Below, piece after piece: positions 31,247 through 40,855 of a DNA stretch of 64,000 bases (position 1 is the first letter of the stretch; the number at the start of each line of letters is the position of its first letter). Origin of the DNA: Alkalispirochaeta sp. (GTDB taxonomy: Bacteria; Spirochaetota; Spirochaetia; DSM-27196; Alkalispirochaetaceae); NCBI GenBank assembly GCA_965242725.1, contig CBDESZ010000018.1:1-64000 (forward strand). The letters run 5' to 3'. The notes beneath the pieces were generated by a model that was not told the origin of the DNA, did no database searches, and saw nothing but the letters and a program-made list of their open reading frames with translations. The position numbers and the translations under genes were made by a program.

Positions 31247-32040
31247 CTGTAACCTCCGACAATTTGTCGTCGGTATTCCGTCTCAATAGAAACGCCTGAG
31301 ACTGTTTCTGAAAGGGCAAGAGCGGACGTCCCGAGGGGAACTGCGAGCGGTGACGTCATCCGGAAACGAAGATCCGCCGGTGTTTCGGGAAAGTCCTCCG
31401 ATGCTTCCGTACCGGTCATGGCGGTGAATCCGGAGTTCCCGTCTGTGCGATTATTGGTAAGTGAGAAAACGCCCTGGGATACACCGTTAATTGTCAATTC
31501 AAAGTCGTGGCTGGCTCCGGCGGCAAGAGCCGTAATTTCAAGGGTATTTGTCTCCGTAAGTCCTTTGATGGCTCCTGACTGAACCCAGCCGTTTGTATCT
31601 ATAATCGACTCCGTCCAGTCAGTATTCTCCTGAGGAATGGGGTTAAGACCGGCACCCGTGCCATAGTCTTCCAGGATATTGAACCACCCGTCGTAATCTA
31701 TCACCGCCATTGCTATTTTGCTTTCCGTTTCCGTCTTGGTCCTGCAAAAGACGAGACCGCCCGGCGCGGTTGAGCCGGATTTCTTTATCACATCTACAAC
31801 CACGCTTTCACCTGCCGCAATTGCGGACTCGGAGAAGGTGGCGTAGAAAATCATACTCAATTTGTCGGCATCATTTGTGGAAAATTGGTAATAGCCGTTG
31901 CCGTCGTTTTCCCAGGTGACGGTTCTGACCGGCGTTTCTCCATCACCGCCTGCCTCGTTTCCAAAGGGATCGTCACATGACGTGAATACCAGCGACATGG
32001 CGAATACTATTCCGACGATTATTCGAGTACCTGTCCTCAT
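31243..32040 (-). CDS. Hypothetical lipoprotein (beta-rich)
   Basis: Lipobox FTSC; AT-rich upstream region. Confidence 0.75.
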   Translation of the reverse strand: MRTGTRIIVGIVFAMSLVFTSCDDPFGNEAGGDGETPVRTVTWENDGNGYYQFSTNDADKLSMIFYATFSESAIAAGESVVVDVIKKSGSTAPGGLVFCRTKTETESKIAMAVIDYDGWFNILEDYGTGAGLNPIPQENTDWTESIIDTNGWVQSGAIKGLTETNTLEITALAAGASHDFELTINGVSQGVFSLTNNRTDGNSGFTAMTGTEASEDFPETPADLRFRMTSPLAVPLGTSALALSETVSGVSIETEYRRQIVGGYR

Positions 32041-32345
32041 AAAGCCCCCCAAAGCAAATGTATGTATACGTGCGCTTCCACGCGCACCTTGTTCCACGAA
32101 CAAGGATGAACCTGAGATGTAAAAATTAGACTTTATGAATTAATACTTTGCAGTCGAGTAATATAAACAGACTATCACGATTCATTGAATTATCAACCAT
32201 AAATATCGAAATCGAAAAAACAATTTTCGCCGGTATTCCATTTCGAACTTTATGACAGAGTCACCCCTGGATTCCTCGAAGAATGCCGTCGACATCAAAC
32301 AGGTGAAGTCGCGGTGAACAGGCGGAAAGTGGGAAGGGCAGTGAA

Positions 32346-33107
32346 TTACATAAACGCCTTGAATATAAGCCCGGCAAGGGTTGCGAGAAGCGTCGAAAGC
32401 AGTGTTCCGATAAGAAAATACTCGGCAAAGCCCCGGTCATCGAGCTGTTGAAACCGTGCTATCCCCTTTGCCACAAGCACATATCCGATCGCGTTCATAT
32501 GACCGGTCAGGACCAACAGAAAAACGATTGTTCGTTCAAGACATCCGATAACCCTTCCGCGGGCGGGCTCGTCGATTTCCGCGGAGTCCCGGTCTGGAAG
32601 GGCAACCGGTGACGGGGGCATGAGGTTGGTGCTTTTCAGAATCAGGGCGATGGGATGGTTGATTTCAAACGCGGCAAGGTACGAACCCGCAAGTGCGACA
32701 AGTACGGCGTGGATCTGTGCCGCCGACAGAAGCTGTACAACCGGATTTGTCCCGATCAATCGCGTGAGCCGCAAAAAGGCGTGATTGAATCCACCGGTAA
32801 TCGCCGGGTGTCCAAGGACAAATACGCCGATCAGAATATTGACGAGCAATGACAGTGTCCGGCCCGCGTTTCGATTAGCGACGGCCTTTGAAATGACGCC
32901 GTGTATCCCGAATGTCATGACGGTTATGATCATAACGACGGCGACGTTCTCCCTCGTCATGACCGGCAGGATAATTGCCCCGGCGACGAGGACTGGAACG
33001 GCCGCGGACATGATTTTTTGCCCACGCCGGTTCTGCCGCACCCATTCCATTGCAGCCGGAACCATGAGTACGACGAAGAGCGTCCAGAACACATGGGTCG
33101 TCGTCAT
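32346..33107 (-). CDS. Multi-pass membrane protein with a DUF3307-like C-terminal region
   Basis: About 7-8 TM; GRVIGCLER..AKGIARF..AEYFLIGTLLS motif; ATGA overlap with satD. Confidence 0.75.
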   Translation of the reverse strand: MTTTHVFWTLFVVLMVPAAMEWVRQNRRGQKIMSAAVPVLVAGAIILPVMTRENVAVVMIITVMTFGIHGVISKAVANRNAGRTLSLLVNILIGVFVLGHPAITGGFNHAFLRLTRLIGTNPVVQLLSAAQIHAVLVALAGSYLAAFEINHPIALILKSTNLMPPSPVALPDRDSAEIDEPARGRVIGCLERTIVFLLVLTGHMNAIGYVLVAKGIARFQQLDDRGFAEYFLIGTLLSTLLATLAGLIFKAFM

Positions 33108-33760
33108 CGGGACGCCTCTTCAGTCGACCTCAGGTCCATACCTTTCTCAAACTCCTCTGTCAGGATACGAATCAACTGGACGACATCATCCAATGCATGT
33201 CGTGCAATCCCTTTATTCACCGCCCGAGGCGTGACGGACAATTCGGCTGCGATATCTTTGGTGGATGCCCCGGCCATGAGTCTCCGGAGGACGGTGAGGT
33301 TGTTGCGGCTCAGGTGGGCAATGACGTTTCCCATGAGCCTCAGAGATCCATTCATCAGCTGAATGGCGGGGAGATCAGGGGCGGTCACCTGGATTGTGTC
33401 TGTTGACGCCTGCTTCATCCCGTCTATAAGCCGTCGGGCCGCATAAAACGCCGGTCCGTCCATTTCCAGTGCCGCCTGTGTGTTGATATCGGTACTTAGC
33501 GCTCCGTAGGATAGTGCACATCTCACCTGCACCGGATGAATTGCGTGAACAATGCTCATGAGATCCGCAAAAATCGTATCCACGGCTCCGTACACCGCCT
33601 GAAACTCATCTCCCAGGGTGATGGTATAGGGTGAAAGGAGAGACGGCCCCGAGGACGTATTGATTTCCTCAAGTTGCCCTTTGAGGTTCCGTTGAAACTC
33701 CGCGCGCTGCCCGATCTTCTTTGATCCGATGATATCCGCGATAAGAACGACAACGTTCAT
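33104..33760 (-). CDS. SatD-family protein (nucleotide-cyclase-like domain plus C-terminal HTH)
   Basis: ADIIGSK, TLGDEFQ, MDGPAF..AR motifs; HTH STKDIAAELSVTPRAVNK. Confidence 0.88.
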   Translation of the reverse strand: MNVVVLIADIIGSKKIGQRAEFQRNLKGQLEEINTSSGPSLLSPYTITLGDEFQAVYGAVDTIFADLMSIVHAIHPVQVRCALSYGALSTDINTQAALEMDGPAFYAARRLIDGMKQASTDTIQVTAPDLPAIQLMNGSLRLMGNVIAHLSRNNLTVLRRLMAGASTKDIAAELSVTPRAVNKGIARHALDDVVQLIRILTEEFEKGMDLRSTEEASR

Positions 33761-33798
33761 GGTTTAATCATAACATTGCCCCGGAACGGTGACAACGA

Positions 33799-33869
33799 GA
33801 ACCATATAGGTTCTACATATATAAAGGAACTAAATAGGTTCTTATGGCGAGTAGGAACGCAATTGGTTC
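33799..33869. promoter_or_regulatory. Three GAAC-N7-GTTC palindromes at an exact 28-bp period
   Basis: 33799-33813 GAACCATATAGGTTC; 33827-33841 GAACTAAATAGGTTC; 33855-33869 GAACGCAATTGGTTC. Confidence 0.8.
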
Positions 33870-33956
33870 CCGTGAACGGTAGCCCGGTATATAATGGCAT
33901 ATTGGTAACACAAACCCGAGGGAACGGTGTTATATGGAGTAACGGAGGAACATAAA

Positions 33957-34622
33957 ATGACTCGACGATTGACAGGTGTATTTCTGGTCCTGAATGTTGT
34001 GGTCGTAGCAGGCCTTTTTGCCGGTCCGGCAGAAACGGAGTATCAGTGGGACCTCTCCGAGGAGGAGATGGTGCCGTACAACGGCGTGATTGAGGACTTT
34101 CTCGCGCAGCGTGAGGCGGAATCGATTGGCGAAATCACCATCGGGGAGATGCGTGAATTGGGTTCACGGCTTTCCGTACTGGCCCAGGAGGAAGATTACG
34201 TGCGCAGCGCCCGGCACGCGTCCCAGGCCTTTCCCGGTTCCGGACATCTGATGATCGGAGAAAACGGAATAGGTGCAGCCTATGTCACCGGATCGATCCT
34301 GGTTGTTGCAGCAACCGTTGTTGGCGCCTATTTTGTGTTGCCCGAGGCGGTACAGTTTCACGAGCTTGATTATATAAACGATTCCTTCGGCGATATCGAA
34401 CGAGCGTGGCGGGGTGAGAGTATTGCTTCCATCGCGCCGGCATTCGGTGTACTCCTTGCCGGCGGTGTTGTTCACGCGCTTCTTGGGGCGATTTCGTCGG
34501 AAGACGCGGAAAGACGGGCGCGGGAGCAGATCGTTTCGGGTGAAAAACGGTTTGAACCCACGCCGTTTATATATCCCGATGCCACGGGGCGGTTGATTCT
34601 GGGTGCCCGGATCGGGCTGTAA
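33957..34622 (+). CDS. Hypothetical exported/membrane protein
   Basis: Signal peptide ..GLFA, FPGSGHL motif, 2 TM; SD GGAGG; TATAAT at 33890-33895. Confidence 0.75.
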   Translation: MTRRLTGVFLVLNVVVVAGLFAGPAETEYQWDLSEEEMVPYNGVIEDFLAQREAESIGEITIGEMRELGSRLSVLAQEEDYVRSARHASQAFPGSGHLMIGENGIGAAYVTGSILVVAATVVGAYFVLPEAVQFHELDYINDSFGDIERAWRGESIASIAPAFGVLLAGGVVHALLGAISSEDAERRAREQIVSGEKRFEPTPFIYPDATGRLILGARIGL

Positions 34623-34653
34623 CGGCGTCGGCGGAATATTTGGTGGAGGAACG

Positions 34654-35289
34654 ATGAAGGAAGAAACATCAGCTTTTCCGGCGACGTTGTACGTTGACTA
34701 TCAGGAGCAGTCAGATCGCTTTACCGTCCTGTTACGACTGCTTTTGGCGATTCCCATACTGATTATCCTGGGATTGATGGTTGCCGGCGACGGGGACACT
34801 CATCACGAGACGGCAGAAGGGGTTCGTATTCAGGGAACGGCAATTGTGCTATTCCTGCCGACGATGCTCATGCTCGTCTTCCGCCGGAAATATCCCCGGT
34901 GGTGGTATGACTGGAACGTCGAGTTTACCCGGTTTACAAACCGGATCGGCGCCTATCTGCTTCTCCTCCGGGATGAGTACCCCTCCACGGACGAGGAGCA
35001 GGCGGTCCACATTAGGTTGTTCTATCCCGACGTAGAACACGATCTGAATCGATGGCTGCCGTTGATTAAGTGGTTCCTGGCGTTGCCGCACATTATCGTG
35101 CTCCTGATACTCTGGGCGGTGGTCATCATCTGTACCGTTTTTGCGTGGTTTTTCATCCTCGTTACGGGACGGTATCCCCGGAGGCTCCATCCCTTTGTGG
35201 AGGGCGTCATGCGGTGGAGTCTCAGGACGGCGGCATACGCATTCCTTCTGACCACCGATACCTATCCGCCCTTTTCCCTGCAGGAATAG
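34654..35289 (+). CDS. DUF4389-family membrane protein
   Basis: Duplicated unit RLLLAIP..KYPR..RDEYP / KWFLALPH..GRYPR..TDTYPPF. Confidence 0.85.
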   Translation: MKEETSAFPATLYVDYQEQSDRFTVLLRLLLAIPILIILGLMVAGDGDTHHETAEGVRIQGTAIVLFLPTMLMLVFRRKYPRWWYDWNVEFTRFTNRIGAYLLLLRDEYPSTDEEQAVHIRLFYPDVEHDLNRWLPLIKWFLALPHIIVLLILWAVVIICTVFAWFFILVTGRYPRRLHPFVEGVMRWSLRTAAYAFLLTTDTYPPFSLQE

Positions 35290-35344
35290 GAATCGGACCA
35301 CGGTAGAAGCGCGACGGGAGAAATAACTGCTGGCGACCGGTGTC

Positions 35345-35716
35345 TTATCGATGCTGGTCGATCAATACGGGATTGCCGTCGGGGTCCTCGAGGACGATAC
35401 TTCCCGGCCCCGAGTCGGTCCCGGCATCGTCGCTGGTGATGCGTATTCCCCGGCGAATCAGTTCATCCCGGATCTCCCGTACATCGGTGAACTCCGGGAG
35501 ATCTGCCGCCGACTGGTCCCAGCCGGGGTTGAAGGTGAGGATGTTTTTCTCAAACATGCCCTGGAAGAGTCCGATGACGTGCTCGCCGTTTTTCAGGATG
35601 ATCCATCCCTGTTCGGGTTCTCCGGCAAACCGCTCAAATCCGAGTTTCCCGTAAAATGCTATCGAAGCTTGTATGTCCTTTACGGCGAGACTGATTGAAA
35701 ATGCACCAAGGTTCAT
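35345..35716 (-). CDS. VOC/glyoxalase family protein
   Basis: LAVKDIQASIAFY.KLGF and DPDGN motifs; SD AAGGAGG. Confidence 0.9.
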   Translation of the reverse strand: MNLGAFSISLAVKDIQASIAFYGKLGFERFAGEPEQGWIILKNGEHVIGLFQGMFEKNILTFNPGWDQSAADLPEFTDVREIRDELIRRGIRITSDDAGTDSGPGSIVLEDPDGNPVLIDQHR

Positions 35717-35921
35717 CGGCTCCTCCTTATCTCTGAAGATATCTCACCTATCATATCATATGTACCGGCGACGGGATTATTTTCCCCCTGCCCCGGGCGT
35801 GACTCCTTTTTGATCCGGTATGGCCCTTTCCACTGCGGGTGAGACGCGGGAGAGAACCGGATGGTTCAGTATTGGAAATAATGAATAATGCGGAGACCCG
35901 GGAGGGCTGGTACAATGGAGT

Positions 35922-37271
35922 ATGGAAAGCAGAAACCCCGCGACAGGAGTCCTTGTTGAGACGATCCCGGCGATCGATGACGGTGAGTTGGAGCGTCGCG
36001 TGGCTGCGGCAGGCGGCGCGTTTGGGCGATGGCGGTGTGAGCCTTTTCCGCGTCGGGCGGAGCTCGTTCTGGCGGCGGCGGATGTGCTTGAGGCCAATCG
36101 GGATGAGTACGCGGCGATAATCACCCGGGAGATGGGGAAGCCGATCGGTTCGGCCCGGGGAGAGGTTGAGAAGTGCGCGTGGGTATGTCGTTATTTTGCG
36201 GAGCGGGGTGAGGAGTTCCTCCGTGACGAGGAGCTTGAGACGGGGGACCGGGTGATCTTTCAGCCGTTGGGGCCCGTCCTGGCGGTGATGCCCTGGAACT
36301 TCCCCTTCTGGCAGCTCTTTCGCTTTGCCGCACCGGCGCTTATGGCGGGGAATACGGCGCTTCTGAAGCACGCTTCCAACGTTCCCCGCTGCGCCCTCGC
36401 CATTGAGGAGGTCTTCAGGCAGGCAGGATTCCCGGACGGCGTCTTTCAGACGCTGCTGATCGAGTCGGACCGGGTCGGTGCGGTGCTGGATGACCCGCGG
36501 GTTGCGGCTGCAACACTGACGGGAAGTACCGCCGCGGGCAGGGCGGTTGCCGCGCGCGCCGGGCTCAACATCAAAAAGACGGTGCTGGAGCTGGGCGGGA
36601 GCGATCCCTTTATCGTGATGCCCTCCGCGGTTATGGATGAAGCGCTGGATACGGCTGCGACGGCCCGCATGATCAATAACGGCCAGTCCTGCATCGCGGC
36701 GAAGCGCTTCATCGTCCATCGAGATATTGCCGATTCCTTTATTGCCGGCCTGGTGAAACGGCTGGAGGGGTACCGCATGGGAGACCCCGCGGATGAGAAG
36801 GTGCAGCTTGGCCCCCTGGCCACGGAGGCGATCCGCGACGAGGTTGCCGACCAGGTACGTCGGAGTATTGACGCCGGTGCGAGCCTGCGCACCGGCGGTT
36901 ACGTTCCCGGGGAGCGGGCGGGCTGGTTTTATCCGCCCACGGTGCTGACGGATATTCCTCCGGGCGCGCCGGCGAGGGATGAAGAGGTCTTTGGTCCCGT
37001 TGCCGCCGTTTTTGTGGTATCAGATGTGGAAGAGGCGATCGCCCTGGCCAATGAAAGTGATTTTGGCCTCGGCGCCTCCGTGTGGACCCGGGAGGAGGGC
37101 GAACAGGAACGTTTCGTCAGAGAGATCGCCGCCGGGGCGGTTTTTGTCAATCGCATGGTCGCCTCGGATCCCCGCGTTCCCTTCGGTGGAATCAAACTGT
37201 CAGGATACGGCCGCGAGCTGGCCGTGGCGGGCATCCGTGAGTTTGTGAATGTGAAGTCTGTGGTGGGGTGA
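35922..37271 (+). CDS. NAD(P)-dependent succinate-semialdehyde dehydrogenase (Sad/GabD-like)
   Basis: VMPWNFPFWQ, LKHASNVP, LTGS, LELGGSDP, NNGQSCIAAKR, EEVFGP, PFGGIKLSGYGREL. Confidence 0.92.
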   Translation: MESRNPATGVLVETIPAIDDGELERRVAAAGGAFGRWRCEPFPRRAELVLAAADVLEANRDEYAAIITREMGKPIGSARGEVEKCAWVCRYFAERGEEFLRDEELETGDRVIFQPLGPVLAVMPWNFPFWQLFRFAAPALMAGNTALLKHASNVPRCALAIEEVFRQAGFPDGVFQTLLIESDRVGAVLDDPRVAAATLTGSTAAGRAVAARAGLNIKKTVLELGGSDPFIVMPSAVMDEALDTAATARMINNGQSCIAAKRFIVHRDIADSFIAGLVKRLEGYRMGDPADEKVQLGPLATEAIRDEVADQVRRSIDAGASLRTGGYVPGERAGWFYPPTVLTDIPPGAPARDEEVFGPVAAVFVVSDVEEAIALANESDFGLGASVWTREEGEQERFVREIAAGAVFVNRMVASDPRVPFGGIKLSGYGRELAVAGIREFVNVKSVVG

Positions 37272-37351
37272 TAACGGCTATCTGCCGATGGGACCTAACG
37301 TCCGATACGGTAATAGGAAGGGACACGAAAGCGCAGATACCGTCTGAGTCG

Positions 37352-38068
37352 CTATTCCGTCCTCCGGACCGCCACAAATTCTATTTCCAGGATCACCTTG
37401 TCGTCCACGGCGGATACGATTGAGTTGCCTCCTACGTAGGGAATGGTAATATCAAAGTTGTCCCAGGTGATGGTGGTGGATCCATATCCGGAAATCTCCT
37501 CTTCCGAGGTGAGCTGAAGGGACAGGTCAAAGCTCACCGTCCTGGTTACATCCCGGACGGTCAGATCGCCGGTTGCCGTCAGGGAAATTTCGTCGCCCGT
37601 ACCTATTTGGTCGGGGACACCGGTGATTTCCGTCGGGCGGAAGGTGGAAAACTCGTATTCGTCGTTATTGGACTCCAGAATGAGGGTTCGTATGGAGCGG
37701 TCCCGCATTTCGTCGTCTGTGCGTATGGTCCTGACGTTAATTTCAAATTCACCGATCTCTATCGCCGGTTGGTCGTATCTGACGGCCACGGAACCGTCAA
37801 TCTGGTCGGTCGTGCCGACGACGGTGTTGGGCGAGCCGCGGAGTACTTCGTCAATGAGAAACCGCGCTTCCGAACGGCTGATATCGACGTCATAGGCGAT
37901 CCATTCCGGTTCCTCGGTATCCTCAGGTTGCACCGGTCGGGCAGCCACCTCCCGTGACGCTTCTCCTTCTCCTCCGGAAAACCATATATATCCGCTGAAT
38001 CCCGCGACAACGACGAGAAGAAATCCAAAAAGAATTCCAAGTACCTTTCCTACGCGTCGAATACTCAT
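37352..38068 (-). CDS. YceI-family (polyisoprenoid-binding) protein with N-terminal anchor
   Basis: SEARF, IRTDDEMRD, GDLTVRDVTRTVSF, FDIT motifs. Confidence 0.85.
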   Translation of the reverse strand: MSIRRVGKVLGILFGFLLVVVAGFSGYIWFSGGEGEASREVAARPVQPEDTEEPEWIAYDVDISRSEARFLIDEVLRGSPNTVVGTTDQIDGSVAVRYDQPAIEIGEFEINVRTIRTDDEMRDRSIRTLILESNNDEYEFSTFRPTEITGVPDQIGTGDEISLTATGDLTVRDVTRTVSFDLSLQLTSEEEISGYGSTTITWDNFDITIPYVGGNSIVSAVDDKVILEIEFVAVRRTE

Positions 38069-38103
38069 AGATTCAAGATAGATTTCTCCCGTCTCGACGG
38101 CAA

Positions 38104-39018
38104 CTATCCGACCAGAGAACCTTGAACGCGTCCAAGGAGGAGTCCCGCGATGAAGAGCACCGAAAAGAGAAAATGGAGCGCCGCCGTACGGGCAGGCAGG
38201 GCGGTAAGGTCTCCGGGGCCTGCATCGCCGGGAGGGGACACCCCGATGAGAATCTGCCTGGCACGTGGCGCCGAAAGCAGGACGATCAGAACGTGGGGAG
38301 GAGCGTAGTCGGCGGCGACAAGCACCCCCGTCGCGATATAGGCGCCTGCGACGAGTCCGAGGAAAAAACGCTCCGAACCGCGACGACCAAGCGCCCCCGC
38401 AAGGGTGAGCACCCGCGCACGCCTGTCCGTCTCCAGATCGCGAAGATTATTTCCGTGGAGAATTGCCGTGACAAGAAATGCCGGCGGCAGGGACAGGACC
38501 GGAGAGAACGGGCTCACTGACCCGGTAAGTGCCCACTCTCCCATCGCCACAAGAGCGGGGCCAATGAGAACAAAGACGGCAAGGTCACCGTATCCACGGT
38601 ATTTCAGACTGAATCTGCGGTTGGTATAAAAATACCCGCCCGCCGTCCCCGCCAGTCCGGCGACAAAAAAAACGGGTCCCCGGATGGTCGCAATCACCGC
38701 ACCGAGTGCGATGGCGAGGAGAAAATAAATATGTCCGCTGACAACCATGAACCGGGGCGTCACGATTCCCCTGATGATCGTATGGGTCGGGTCCCGATCA
38801 TCGGGACCGTCAACGCCGTGGCGGTAATCGAAATAGTCATTGAGGACATTGGTTCCCCCGTGAATGAGGAGTGCCGCCGCCGCAAAAAGGGGGTAGGTCC
38901 ACCACGTGACGGCATGCCCGGAATACGCTGCGGCGACCGCCGACAGGGCAATGGGCACGAGAGAAGCGGTAAAGGAGTAGGGGCGAAGGGAGAGAAACCA
39001 CCGTAGTACAGGGGTCAT
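38104..39018 (-). CDS. menA: DHNA polyprenyltransferase (UbiA family)
   Basis: LRPYSFTAS, NVLNDYFDYRHGVD, LKYRGYGD, HGNNLRDLETD motifs. Confidence 0.9.
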   Translation of the reverse strand: MTPVLRWFLSLRPYSFTASLVPIALSAVAAAYSGHAVTWWTYPLFAAAALLIHGGTNVLNDYFDYRHGVDGPDDRDPTHTIIRGIVTPRFMVVSGHIYFLLAIALGAVIATIRGPVFFVAGLAGTAGGYFYTNRRFSLKYRGYGDLAVFVLIGPALVAMGEWALTGSVSPFSPVLSLPPAFLVTAILHGNNLRDLETDRRARVLTLAGALGRRGSERFFLGLVAGAYIATGVLVAADYAPPHVLIVLLSAPRARQILIGVSPPGDAGPGDLTALPARTAALHFLFSVLFIAGLLLGRVQGSLVG

Positions 39019-40271
39019 CTGACCTTCCGAGAAGGGCGCGGGCGTGATGTCGATCCGGGTGCCTCGGCGGAACCGAGTGGATCGGACCGTCCTGCCGGGT
39101 CAACGGCACGGGCATAGTAGGCGAACCCCTTCCCTCCGCCAAAGTGGCGGAATCCGGACATGAAATAGTGCAACCTGATACCGAGGCGTCGACCCACCTT
39201 GAAGAGACCGAAGACACGGCCCACACTCTCGTCTCCGAGGGGAATGATCCACCCCAGGTCAACCGGGCGGAAAGACTTCATTTGTCTTTCCCCAAGCCAG
39301 GCGGCGACGTTTCCGCCGGCACGACGCCCGGAATAATAGGAGAAATTCACCGCCCGGCGGACAACGGTGCCGTCTTTCCGCTGCAGCGCCGCGGCGTCCC
39401 CGGCGGCAAAGATATCGGTATGCGCCGGAAGCTGAAGAAACTCATTGGTCACGATCCGTCCGTCCCGGGAAAAATCGGCGGTGAGGCCGAAATCCGCGGC
39501 GGTACCGACCATGCCACCGGCCCAGCAGACGAGAGGATTATCGATGACCGTGCCGTCGGAGAGGAGAACCGACTTTCCCGCCGGCACGTCGCCTGAATCT
39601 CCCGGGGCACCCGCAGTGACCTTCGTCACCCCGGTGCCCAACCGCAGTGAAATACCGATCGTCGACAGATAGTCTCTGATGCGTCGGCGTTCGCTCTCGG
39701 TGATCATCGGAAGAATATCGTCGGCCACGTCGGCAACGGTAATCTCCGCAGCCGTTCCCGCCTGGGAAACACCCTGCCGCAGGGCAACCGCCGTTTCCAA
39801 CCCGGTATATCCCGCTCCGACGATCAGAATATTGATATCCGGCGATGCGGCGAGACGCTCCTCCACGATCCTGCGGAAGGTGAGTGCCGATTCAAGGGTA
39901 TGTACGGCGTAGCATTGAATTCCGGACAGCGGTGAGGGAAGGGGGGACAGGCGCGATCCCGTCGCGACGACGAGCCCGTCGTAAGGGAATATACCTCGGT
40001 CCGTAATGACCATACGCCTTGCCGGGTCGACCCTTTCTACGGACGCGTTCACCACCCGCACAAAGGAACCCAGAATGTCCGGCAGGGGACGGTAAAGTTG
40101 CTCCCGTCCGATCTTCCCGGACAGGGCGTCGGGCAATGCAGGCACCATCGTGGCATTGCCGGTCCGGTCGATCAACGTAATCGACAGTGACCTGTCGCGG
40201 CGATGGGCTGCGAATGCCGCCTGTACGCCCGCAAATCCGCCTCCCAGGATCACTACGTTTTGTGTGCTCAT
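39015..40271 (-). CDS. Type II NADH dehydrogenase-like FAD-dependent oxidoreductase
   Basis: GGGFAG, YDGLVVATGS, second Rossmann GAGYTGLE, WAGG, IFAAGD. Confidence 0.85.
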   Translation of the reverse strand: MSTQNVVILGGGFAGVQAAFAAHRRDRSLSITLIDRTGNATMVPALPDALSGKIGREQLYRPLPDILGSFVRVVNASVERVDPARRMVITDRGIFPYDGLVVATGSRLSPLPSPLSGIQCYAVHTLESALTFRRIVEERLAASPDINILIVGAGYTGLETAVALRQGVSQAGTAAEITVADVADDILPMITESERRRIRDYLSTIGISLRLGTGVTKVTAGAPGDSGDVPAGKSVLLSDGTVIDNPLVCWAGGMVGTAADFGLTADFSRDGRIVTNEFLQLPAHTDIFAAGDAAALQRKDGTVVRRAVNFSYYSGRRAGGNVAAWLGERQMKSFRPVDLGWIIPLGDESVGRVFGLFKVGRRLGIRLHYFMSGFRHFGGGKGFAYYARAVDPAGRSDPLGSAEAPGSTSRPRPSRKVR

Positions 40272-40459
40272 CTGCGGCTAATGTACGATTGTCCCGTCTA
40301 CCCGGCAAGTTGGGCTACCGTTCCTTTGACGTGTGTACGCTCCGGCGGTATCGGCTTCTTGATCAATATTGAACTCGCGTTCTGCCGCGTTATTTTCGCG
40401 CGACTGCTGCGTAAAACCGGTTCGGGGGGCGGATAGTCCCCGATTTCACCTGAAAAGCA

Positions 40460-40855
40460 CTACTCCCAGAGTCTTTCGGCGCCGAGGGTGCTTAACGCTT
40501 CATCAATGCTTGCAACGGGCAGTTCTTCCATGACGCTCTGTGCTGCAAGCATTCTGTCAAAGGGATCCCGAAGGGTTCCGGGAATTGCCCCGGCCCGCAG
40601 TGCGTGCCCGGGGGTGATAGACAACTGGAGAAATCCGTCGGTGCGTATACGCTCGTCCCATTGGGCAATGATCGTACCACCGGAGGGCAGTTTCCCGATC
40701 CTGAACTTGGTCGATATCTCCCATGCCGACGCGGCGCTTACCAGAACCGTAGTATGCGGGTCCTTGAGGAGTCCGAGCACTCGGGGACTCAAGCGTGCGG
40801 GTTGGGACCACCACCACAGCAGTGTGTGGGTATCTAGAAGGATGCCTCCCGTCAT
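40460..40855 (-). CDS. vapC: PIN-domain toxin VapC
   Basis: LLDTHTLLW, VSAASAWEI, DPFDRML.AQ; ATGA overlap with the antitoxin. Confidence 0.92.
   Translation of the reverse strand: MTGGILLDTHTLLWWWSQPARLSPRVLGLLKDPHTTVLVSAASAWEISTKFRIGKLPSGGTIIAQWDERIRTDGFLQLSITPGHALRAGAIPGTLRDPFDRMLAAQSVMEELPVASIDEALSTLGAERLWE

Noticed and set aside
33799..33869. 28-bp periodic palindromes considered as a CRISPR array
   Set aside because: The 15-bp degenerate units and 13-bp gaps are too short; the position between divergent promoters fits operators
35805..35865. Imperfect long hairpin ATCCGGT...ACCGGAT between the VOC and SSADH genes
   Set aside because: Only a 7-bp perfect core in GC-rich DNA and no recognised RNA family; too weak to call
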